A stretch of DNA of 64,000 nt from Salinivirgaceae bacterium (GTDB lineage Bacteria > Bacteroidota > Bacteroidia > Bacteroidales > SZUA-534). Position 1 is the stretch's first letter. Each line of letters opens with the position of its first letter. This document shows positions 56,329 through 64,000 of the stretch, piece after piece. The stretch spans positions 4,781 through 68,780 of the forward strand of contig JBAYKX010000012.1 of NCBI GenBank assembly GCA_041664345.1, given 5' to 3'. The position numbers and the translations under genes are program-made. The notes under the pieces were generated by a model. The model was not told the origin of the DNA. It did not search any database and saw only the letters and a list, made by a program, of their open reading frames with translations.

Positions 56329-59091
56329 ATGAAGATACATCATTCTTTTTTAACCTTGGTTTTAGTCTTTGCAACCTTTGTTGGGAATGCACAATCAGTG
56401 ATTCGCAACAAAAGTTATTTCGATAGCTTAAATGACACCCACGATGTAATTGCGCTTCCCAATTGGGGACCCTATTCTAAAAAATATGCCGGCATTTCGC
56501 ATATTCCCGAAATTTCAACAGGCATGCGCTTCGATGTTACAGCCTTGCCGGGATATTACCGCAACCGGGTGATGGTGCCCAACGTGCTTTTCGAATCGGG
56601 TTATTATCCGTGGGACATTAACAAAGAATTGTCGAAAGTTACCTACCGGTACGAACTGGAGTGGAAAGACAAAGTTTATGTTGATGTTACCTATTCAACT
56701 TTAGATACTTCAACGGTATTGGTAAGCATGGAATGCGTAAACCAAACTATGTTGCCCCAGGAACTGCAATTGAATCTGGCCGGATTTATCAACTATCCGG
56801 AACCTTATGCCAATTTTCAAGCCAAGCATAGCAACCAAGTTACGTTCATCAATGCCGTCTCATACACCCATCTTCAATTTGCCAAACCCCGCCCGTCGGA
56901 CAATCTGGTTTACGATGGTTGGTTTCGTGGCGAAACCCGCAATGCCGATTTTTTAAATGGAAACGGCATTGGCAAAGGCTTTGGAACCGATAAAGGCGAC
57001 TGGGTCACATACACCGTTCCGCTCCAGAACAATGAAAAAGAAGGGATTCTTACTTTACGGTACCGCATGAAAGAGAACAACTCCAACGCTTTGGTTTTTT
57101 CCGGATTGGTGAATGAAACCCTTCAATTGAAAGGAACCGGCAACTTTGAACTGATACAAGTCCCTTATAAATGCGATAAAAATGAAGCGGAGCTAAAACT
57201 AACTGCCGCAGGAGGGTGCGAAATTGAACTCGATGGCTTTTTTATGGGCTCGACAAGTAATTCTAAATCCATTGAAATAGTGCCCATTGCGAAGAAATTT
57301 ATTCCAGAATTTGTTAAAAACCTACAAGCAGGAACCCTGTTGCTAAAATATCCCGATGTAGCTGTTTATTACGGAATGGCATGGGATTATCCATCATCGT
57401 TTGTGCGCGAAATTGTGGATGAAGAGCTGGATGTGATTTTTAAAAAATACGTGCACGAGCACAACTATCTGGTTTTCCCGGGTGATGAAAAAGGTCATTA
57501 CATTAATGTGTTTATGCGCCCTGTTGAGTTGGAACCCATGAGCAGCCGAACCGTTTACAGCATTGTTTGTACGGGAACCAAACCGCAGGTGGAAAACCAA
57601 CTAGCCCAATTCAGTAAAAACCCGGAGAGCTTTGTTTCAAAAGGGGAAAAAGCTGAAAACATCTTTGAGGGCGATTTGGAGCAGGGAAAACCCTTCCAGT
57701 TCAGCCAGAACATGATGAGGGCCGCATTGCAATACAACATTGTGTATCCCATATACACGCAAGGAGAATTTATCCGCCACTTTACCCCAGGAAAATGGTG
57801 GAACAGCCTATATACTTGGGATGCAGGTTTTATTGCTTTAGGATTGTCTGAAATTGATATCGATAAATCCATTCAGTTCCTGAACACCTATACCACACCC
57901 GTGGGAAGCCAGTCGGCATTCATCCATCACGGTTCGCCAGTTCCCGTGCAAATGTACGCTTTTTACGATCTCTGGAACAAAACGCAGTCGAAGGAATTGC
58001 TTACCTATTTTTATCCGAGGCTGAAACAATATTACGAATTTATGGCGGGTCGTTCGGGCAGTTCTACCACCAACCCATTCAAATCGGACCTGTTAAAAAC
58101 GTGGGATTACTTTTACAATTCCGGTGGCTGGGACGATTACCCTCCGCAAAAAGCCGTGCGCGACAACCATTTGGAAGCCACCGTTTCGCCGGTAATTACC
58201 ACGGCACATATAATCCGAGTTGCCAAAATATTACGGAAAGCGGCTATAGAATCGGGCCACGAAGCCGATGTAAAAACGTACGATAACGACATTAAAACCT
58301 TTACCAAAGCCTTACAAACAGTAGCTTGGGATGCAAAAAGCGGTTATTTCAGTTACATGGTCCACAATTCGCTCGGAAACCCCAAAACTTTTTACACGGA
58401 TCCAAATAGTGGCGCCAATTACAACATGGGTTTAGATGGTGCCTATCCCATTTTTTCAGGTATCTGCACCCCCGAACAGGAAGAAATATTGCTCGATAAA
58501 ATATTTTCCGAAGAACACATGTGGAGCAAAGCCGGAATTTGCGTAGTGGACAAGCAGGCTCCCTATTACCGAATTGACGGGTATTGGAACGGTGCTGTAT
58601 GGATGCCGCACCAATGGTTTATGTGGAAAACCATGTTCGATATGGGGCGGACCGATTTGGCCTGGAAAATTGCTGACCGGGCATTGAATGTATGGAAAAG
58701 CGAAACCGACGAAACCTACTTTACCTACGAACACTGGTTTGCAAAAACTGCCCGTGGTGCAGGCTGGCACCAGTTTGGAGCATTGTCGGCTCCGGTACTC
58801 AACTGGTATGCCGCTTACTACAAACCGGGCACCGTTACCACCGGTTTCGAGATTTGGATTGAGAGCCAATCGTTCAACAGCGACCATTCGGCCTACCAAG
58901 CCAGCCTTTCGTTTGATGAAGCTACCCATGCCCACAAACGCAGCATGGTGGCTTGCCTGAATCCAAATTTTACTTACGAAGTTTTAGTGGATGGTAAAAA
59001 AATAATTGCCCAAAGCAGGTACCCGGGATTACTGGAAATTGAACTTCCGGCAAGTAATAAACCCTGTAAATTGGTGATAAATAAACAATAA
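56329..59091 (+). CDS. glycoside hydrolase, (alpha/alpha)6-barrel GH63/GH37-like (MGH1-like) with large N-terminal beta domain
   Basis: Signal peptide from the ATG at 56329. C-terminal half has WWNSLYTWDAGFIALGL, GGWDDYPPQ, YYRIDGYWNGAVWMPHQWFMWKTMFDMG, resembling the trehalase/GH63-type catalytic barrel. The family call is approximate. Confidence 0.55.
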   Translation: MKIHHSFLTLVLVFATFVGNAQSVIRNKSYFDSLNDTHDVIALPNWGPYSKKYAGISHIPEISTGMRFDVTALPGYYRNRVMVPNVLFESGYYPWDINKELSKVTYRYELEWKDKVYVDVTYSTLDTSTVLVSMECVNQTMLPQELQLNLAGFINYPEPYANFQAKHSNQVTFINAVSYTHLQFAKPRPSDNLVYDGWFRGETRNADFLNGNGIGKGFGTDKGDWVTYTVPLQNNEKEGILTLRYRMKENNSNALVFSGLVNETLQLKGTGNFELIQVPYKCDKNEAELKLTAAGGCEIELDGFFMGSTSNSKSIEIVPIAKKFIPEFVKNLQAGTLLLKYPDVAVYYGMAWDYPSSFVREIVDEELDVIFKKYVHEHNYLVFPGDEKGHYINVFMRPVELEPMSSRTVYSIVCTGTKPQVENQLAQFSKNPESFVSKGEKAENIFEGDLEQGKPFQFSQNMMRAALQYNIVYPIYTQGEFIRHFTPGKWWNSLYTWDAGFIALGLSEIDIDKSIQFLNTYTTPVGSQSAFIHHGSPVPVQMYAFYDLWNKTQSKELLTYFYPRLKQYYEFMAGRSGSSTTNPFKSDLLKTWDYFYNSGGWDDYPPQKAVRDNHLEATVSPVITTAHIIRVAKILRKAAIESGHEADVKTYDNDIKTFTKALQTVAWDAKSGYFSYMVHNSLGNPKTFYTDPNSGANYNMGLDGAYPIFSGICTPEQEEILLDKIFSEEHMWSKAGICVVDKQAPYYRIDGYWNGAVWMPHQWFMWKTMFDMGRTDLAWKIADRALNVWKSETDETYFTYEHWFAKTARGAGWHQFGALSAPVLNWYAAYYKPGTVTTGFEIWIESQSFNSDHSAYQASLSFDEATHAHKRSMVACLNPNFTYEVLVDGKKIIAQSRYPGLLEIELPASNKPCKLVINKQ

Positions 59092-59095
59092 ACAC

Positions 59096-60658
59096 ATGAA
59101 ATACATCCGAATAAAAACATTCGAAAGAGCAACAAGATATGGATTCATTAGTCTGGTTCTGTGTGTTTTAATTGATTTTTTTATTACATCATGCAACTCA
59201 TCAAACTTCAACATTGAAAAACTGGGCGCCATTGGCGATGCCGAAACACTGAATACCGCCATCATCCAAAAAGCCATCGACCAAGCATCGGCAAACGGCG
59301 GCGGAACAGTAATCATCCCATCAGGGCAATTTTTAACTGGTGCCCTATTTCTTAAAAACGGCGTGGAATTGCACCTCGAAAAAGGAGCCCGGTTATTGGG
59401 TAGTACCAACCGGTTGCATTACGGGCAAGATACGGCGTTTGCGCTCATATCGGCGGATCATCAGCACCACATTTCCATTACCGGACAGGGAATTATTGAC
59501 GGACAAGGCGCCGAAGTGGTAAAAAATTTATACAAACAGTTGCGCTCGGGTCGCTTAAACGATGATCAGTACAACACCAAACACCCCCGTGAACATTCGC
59601 GCCCTGAATTGGTCGCTTTTTCGGAATGTAGAAATCTTTCGGTTTCGGGAGTTACCTTAAAAAACAGTGCTTCATGGGTGCTCACTTTTCGCAACTCCTC
59701 GCAAATAAAAGTTGATAGCCTTACCGTGGAAAGCAGCGTGTATTGGAACAACGACGGGATTGATGTGGTAAACTGCAACGGTGTCCGCATTTCGGGTTGC
59801 GTCATTGATTGTGCCGACGATGGCATCTGCCTCAAGTCGGAAGGTCCAATAAAAGGCATTTGCGAAAATGTAACGGTGGAAAATTGTACCATCCGCAGCA
59901 GTGCCAGCGGCTTCAAACTTGGCACAGGTTCTCACGGAGGATTCAAAAACATTACCGTTCGTAATTTAACAATTTACGATACCTACCGATCGGCCGTGGC
60001 CATTGAATGTGTTGATGGTGGAGTGCTTGAAAACATTGATGTGCGCAACATCACCGCAAAAAACACGGGCAATGCCATTCTTATTCGATTGGGACACCGG
60101 AACAAAGAGGGCGAAGTGGGTTCTCTTAAAAATGTTTACATTGGAAATCTATACGCCGAAATCCCGGCAGGAAAACCCGACATTGGCTATCCGCTTGAAG
60201 GTCCACGGCAGAAATACCCGCACAACGTATTTCCTTCGTCCATCACGGGGCTTCCAGAGCATAAGGTTGAAAACGTAACCCTCGAAAACATTGAACTGGT
60301 TTACCAAGGAGGTGGCAACAAGGAAACAGCCTTTACCGATTGGAAAAAACTGGACGAAGTGACTGAAAACGAAGCGGGTTATCCTGAATTTTCCATGTTT
60401 GGAGAATTGCCTGTTTGGGGCTTTTATGTACGGCATGTAAACGGGTTGAAGTTGGAGAACGTAAAAATCTCAAAAAAAGGGAACGATTACCGTCCGGCAA
60501 TGGCTTTCAACCAGGTTGACAGTTTACAAATAGATGGTCTTACCTTGTTGAACGACAGCGTAATGCCAAACCTTATTCTTAAAAATGTAACGGGTTTTTC
60601 ATCTAAAAACATACTATTACCTTACCCGAGTTTAAAAGGCATTTATACATGGAAGTAA
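59096..60658 (+). CDS. GH28-family glycoside hydrolase (polygalacturonase-like, parallel beta-helix)
   Basis: NNDGIDVV (NxDG), CADDGICLKS (DD), GTGSHGG (HG) catalytic-region motifs. Repetitive beta-helix turns (ENVTVENCTI, KNITVRNLTI, ENIDVRNITA). Confidence 0.8.
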   Translation: MKYIRIKTFERATRYGFISLVLCVLIDFFITSCNSSNFNIEKLGAIGDAETLNTAIIQKAIDQASANGGGTVIIPSGQFLTGALFLKNGVELHLEKGARLLGSTNRLHYGQDTAFALISADHQHHISITGQGIIDGQGAEVVKNLYKQLRSGRLNDDQYNTKHPREHSRPELVAFSECRNLSVSGVTLKNSASWVLTFRNSSQIKVDSLTVESSVYWNNDGIDVVNCNGVRISGCVIDCADDGICLKSEGPIKGICENVTVENCTIRSSASGFKLGTGSHGGFKNITVRNLTIYDTYRSAVAIECVDGGVLENIDVRNITAKNTGNAILIRLGHRNKEGEVGSLKNVYIGNLYAEIPAGKPDIGYPLEGPRQKYPHNVFPSSITGLPEHKVENVTLENIELVYQGGGNKETAFTDWKKLDEVTENEAGYPEFSMFGELPVWGFYVRHVNGLKLENVKISKKGNDYRPAMAFNQVDSLQIDGLTLLNDSVMPNLILKNVTGFSSKNILLPYPSLKGIYTWK

Positions 60659-60669
60659 TAAACAAGCCA

Positions 60670-63006
60670 ATGAAAGGCTTAATTTATATAGCCACTTTTG
60701 TTATGCTTTTTAGCTGTAACAAAAATGAAACACCACGGCCGGTTGATCTGGTTTATCCGCAAATGGGTTCGGCGTGGTCGCGGTGGTTTTATTTTTCATC
60801 GGCATGTCGTCCTTTTGGCATGGTAAGCCTTTTCCCCGACACCAAAATTGATGGCGAATGGAAAAGTGGCTACCGATACAACGTTGATACCATCCGCGAT
60901 TTCAGCCACATCCATGAATGGCAGCTTTCGGGGGTGGCTGTAATGCCTGTTACCTTTACCAATGAAAACAGGGATTCTATATTTGCCGACTGGTCTTCAA
61001 ATTTTTCGCATCAAAACGAAACCGTAAAGCCGGGCTATCATTCGGTTTTGCTTGAACGCTACCAAATAAAAGCTGAACTAACTGCCACCAATCGCGTGGG
61101 AGTTCATCGCTATTCGTTTCCAAAAAACCAAAAAAACGGCATCGTGTTCCAGCTTTCGAAGCAATTAGGCCCATCGGAATTCATTGAAGGCGGTTTTAAA
61201 CAAACCACTGAAAATGAAATTACCGGATTCATGGTGAACAGCCCAACCATGCGACGACCCAAACCTACAACAGTCTATTTTTGTGCCCGTTTCAGCCAAC
61301 CCATAAAATTAATTTACCTTTCAACGGCTGACAGTATTTTCCCTTCAACCGAATGGAAAGGCGAAAACGGTAACATTTTGGTTGAATTCAACGAAAATTT
61401 GAACGAACCATTATTGATGAAAGTTGCCGTTTCGTTTACCGATGAAGCGGGGTCTGCTAAAAATATGGAAACTGAAATGCCCGATTGGGATTTCAATCAG
61501 GTAGTCCAAGTGGCTGACAACCAATGGAACGACATGCTTTCGCGAATCGAAATTGAAGGCGGAACCGACCAACAGCAACGGCGCTTTTACACCGACTTGT
61601 ATCATGCCATTATCGGCCGCCGCATTGTAAGCGATGCCGATGGCAAATACGCCGATATGACCGGGCCTGAAAAAATAATCCGCCAGCTCCCGCTCAATGA
61701 ACAAGGCAAACCAAAATTCAACATGTACAACTCCGATGCCTTTTGGGGCGCCCAATGGACGCTGAACACTTTATGGCAGTTGGTATATCCAGAAGTTGCC
61801 CAAGAATTTTGCAACTCTTTTCTGGAATATTATAAAAACGGCGGGCTCATTCCGCGCGGCCCTTCGGGAGGAAACTACACGTTTGTGATGAATGGAGCCT
61901 CAAGTACGCCATTCTTTGTGAGTGCGTGGCAAAAAGGAATCCGTGGGTTCGATATAAACCTAGCTTACCAAGGATTGAAGAAAAATCACCTGCCCGGCGG
62001 CCTGATGAGCAAAGTTGGCTACGAACACAACACCACAAATGGCGGCGGTTTGGAATGGTACATGCAAAAAGGATATGTTCCTTACCCGCTTTCCTACACC
62101 ATTTACGGCAGCCACCAAGATGGAGCCGCCATTACGCTCGAAAATTCTTATCAGGATTGGTGTTTGGCACAACTGGCCAAGTCGCTGGGTAAAGTGGACG
62201 ATTACAAAACGTTCATGCAAAGGTCCGAAAATTTCAAGAACCTGTTCAATCCCGAATTGGGATTTATGGTGCCGAAAGATAAAAACGGCAACTGGAAAAC
62301 CCCCTTCGACCCAATGCTTTACGACAACGGGTTTATTGAAGGAAACGGGGCCCAGTTCACGTGGTTTGTGCCTCATAACCTGCCCTCTCTTTTTGAGTTG
62401 CTAGGTAGTACCGATTCTGTTATCGCGCGGTTGAACCGCGAGTTTGAACTAACTCGGGAATTCCGCTTCTGCAACGAGCATCCCGAAAAGGAAGCAATTA
62501 CCGGACTGAAATATGTAAACGACCGCCGCACGTGGATAAATTACTCGAACCAGCCCAACAGCCATGCGGCGTTTATTTTTAACCACGCTGGGGCACCGTG
62601 GCTCACTCAATATTGGAGCCGCACCGTGGTTGACAGTGTTTTTTCGGGCTTATCGCCATACTGCGGTTACCAAGGCGACGAAGATCAGGGGTTGATGGGT
62701 TCACTGGCGGTACTCATGAAAATGGGCTTTTTCCAGATGAGCGGAGGTTGCGAGGAAGATCCGCTCTACGAATTGGGTAGCCCGTTGTTCAATAAAGTCA
62801 CCATTCATTTGCAACCGGAATTTTACCAAGCGCCAACATTTACAATAACTTGCGAAGGGAATAACAGCGATGCTCCCTTTATACAATCGGCAACTTTAAA
62901 CGATAAACCTTTAAAAACGGTTTGGTTCAAACATTCCGATATTACAAAAGGTACACAAATTTTACTCAAAATGGGAAGTGAATTAAACAAAAAATGCTTT
63001 AATTGA
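60670..63006 (+). CDS. GH92-family glycoside hydrolase, second copy, lipoprotein
   Basis: ATG at 60670 with lipobox MLFSC. GYQGDEDQGLMGS variant of the GH92 GNDDxGxMS segment. About 780 aa. Collinear similarity to 39047..41317 (e.g. MPDWDFNQV / IPHWDFEQV, FYTALYH / FYTDLYH). Confidence 0.85.
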   Translation: MKGLIYIATFVMLFSCNKNETPRPVDLVYPQMGSAWSRWFYFSSACRPFGMVSLFPDTKIDGEWKSGYRYNVDTIRDFSHIHEWQLSGVAVMPVTFTNENRDSIFADWSSNFSHQNETVKPGYHSVLLERYQIKAELTATNRVGVHRYSFPKNQKNGIVFQLSKQLGPSEFIEGGFKQTTENEITGFMVNSPTMRRPKPTTVYFCARFSQPIKLIYLSTADSIFPSTEWKGENGNILVEFNENLNEPLLMKVAVSFTDEAGSAKNMETEMPDWDFNQVVQVADNQWNDMLSRIEIEGGTDQQQRRFYTDLYHAIIGRRIVSDADGKYADMTGPEKIIRQLPLNEQGKPKFNMYNSDAFWGAQWTLNTLWQLVYPEVAQEFCNSFLEYYKNGGLIPRGPSGGNYTFVMNGASSTPFFVSAWQKGIRGFDINLAYQGLKKNHLPGGLMSKVGYEHNTTNGGGLEWYMQKGYVPYPLSYTIYGSHQDGAAITLENSYQDWCLAQLAKSLGKVDDYKTFMQRSENFKNLFNPELGFMVPKDKNGNWKTPFDPMLYDNGFIEGNGAQFTWFVPHNLPSLFELLGSTDSVIARLNREFELTREFRFCNEHPEKEAITGLKYVNDRRTWINYSNQPNSHAAFIFNHAGAPWLTQYWSRTVVDSVFSGLSPYCGYQGDEDQGLMGSLAVLMKMGFFQMSGGCEEDPLYELGSPLFNKVTIHLQPEFYQAPTFTITCEGNNSDAPFIQSATLNDKPLKTVWFKHSDITKGTQILLKMGSELNKKCFN

Positions 63007-63131
63007 TAGCTTAAACTTATAAAAGATGAAACCTCCATGCAGGTAACTGCACAAAAACGGATGAAAATTTGCATGGGGTGTTCCATTCGTACGAAACAAT
63101 TGATATTCAATGAACTAAAAATTATTTACGA

Positions 63132-64000
63132 ATGAAAAGACTATTTTTAATTCCAGCCGCAGCCCTCTTTGTATCAATGGGAACAGTTACGGCACAAACA
63201 GCAAACATGGCTACAATTGATGCCACCAAGATTGACCAAAAAATAAACCGGTTAATCTACAGCCAGTTTTCAGAACACCTCGGAAACTGCATTTACGACG
63301 GTATGTGGGTGGGCGAAAACTCCCCCATCCCTAACAAAAATGGCATCCGCACCGATGTAATGGAAGCCCTCAAAAAAATACAGGTTCCATCGATGCGCTG
63401 GCCGGGCGGTTGCTTTGCCGATGAATACCACTGGATGGATGGCATTGGACCGAAAGCGGACCGTCCGAAAATGATAAACACCAACTGGGGAGGCGTTACC
63501 GAAGACAACAGCTTTGGGACACACGAATTTATGGAACTTTGCAGCCAAATTGGATGCGAACCTTACATAAGCGGAAACCTTGGCAGCGGCACCGTTCAGG
63601 AAATGTCGCAATGGGTTGAATACCTAAACTCCGACAATGAAAGCCCCATGACTTCGCTACGTAAAGCCAACGGCCGCGACAAATCGTGGGGAGTAAAATA
63701 TTGGGGCGTGGGAAATGAATCGTGGGGATGCGGTGGCCGTATGAAACCCCAATACTATTCCGATCAAGCCCTGCATTATTCCAACTTTTTACGGAGTTAC
63801 GGCAGCAACCGGTTGAATCAGATTGCTGTTGGCCCCAATGGCGACGATTACAACTGGACCGATGTAGTGATGAAAGAATTAGGATCCAATTTTTGGGGAC
63901 TTTCGCTGCATTACTACACTTGGATGAATAGTTCGTCGGCTACCGACTTTAAAGAAGACGGATGGTTCCAGGTAATGAAAAAAACCTCACAGATGGAAGA
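63132..64000 (+). CDS. GH51-family alpha-L-arabinofuranosidase, 3'-truncated by window end (absent from the ORF track)
   Basis: My own translation from the ATG at 63132 is open to position 64000. [22 protein letters not shown] signal peptide. [19 protein letters not shown] and [13 protein letters not shown] (acid/base Glu region) are hallmark GH51 segments. Confidence 0.8.
   Translation, partial: MKRLFLIPAAALFVSMGTVTAQTANMATIDATKIDQKINRLIYSQFSEHLGNCIYDGMWVGENSPIPNKNGIRTDVMEALKKIQVPSMRWPGGCFADEYHWMDGIGPKADRPKMINTNWGGVTEDNSFGTHEFMELCSQIGCEPYISGNLGSGTVQEMSQWVEYLNSDNESPMTSLRKANGRDKSWGVKYWGVGNESWGCGGRMKPQYYSDQALHYSNFLRSYGSNRLNQIAVGPNGDDYNWTDVVMKELGSNFWGLSLHYYTWMNSSSATDFKEDGWFQVMKKTSQME

Noticed and set aside
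59029-59409. 126-aa minus-strand ORF spanning the GH63-like/GH28 junction
   Set aside because: Antisense to two supported + strand genes in a co-directional operon.
1-64000. Scan for CRISPR arrays, tRNA/rRNA genes, transposases, integrases, phage genes and known defence systems (RM, Abi, CBASS-like etc.)
   Set aside because: No short direct-repeat/spacer arrays, no cloverleaf-compatible sequences in intergenic gaps, no DDE/tyrosine-recombinase-like ORFs, and no ATPase/nuclease clusters beyond the two small TA-like pairs and the GxxExxY gene. A by-eye scan cannot exclude small RNAs.

Overview
Low-GC chromosomal window that looks Bacteroidota-type. Support for this: three proteins with T9SS (Por) C-terminal sorting domains, a SusC/SusD pair, many Cys lipoprotein signal peptides, and ileS-dksA-lspA synteny. 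I found no rRNA, tRNA, CRISPR array, transposase, integrase or phage genes.

Positions 1-29.3 kb hold mostly housekeeping genes: an M1 aminopeptidase, an SDR epimerase, glpD, a phosphohexomutase, dgt, lspA, dksA-like and ileS. Small accessory modules are interspersed:
- a HicB-HicA pair and a DUF433/DUF5615 PIN-like pair
- a GxxExxY (PD-(D/E)XK) gene bracketed by 35-bp inverted repeats
- a translationally coupled VTC-domain / DUF4956 / DUF2490 operon
- a lipoprotein made of 375-bp tandem repeats

Positions 29.3-64 kb are the most interesting part. A divergent AraC-family regulator heads a complete myo-inositol catabolic operon (iolJ-B-C-D-A-E-G). That operon runs, on the same strand and with an 18-nt gap, into a GH92 gene. 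A SusC/SusD polysaccharide-utilisation locus follows, encoding two T9SS-secreted proteins built of plant-type LRR plus Ig-like modules, a lipoprotein PAP2 phosphatase with autotransporter-type beta-strand repeats, a GH63/GH37-like enzyme, GH28, a second GH92, and a GH51 that runs off the window and is absent from the ORF track.

My lead hypothesis is inference only: a locus for harvesting inositol from inositol-bearing glycoconjugates.

Two genes (the DUF2490 barrel and an alpha/beta hydrolase) are split by apparent 1-nt deletions in short homopolymers. These may be assembly errors rather than true pseudogenes.

All family calls come from motifs read by eye. No database search was possible.
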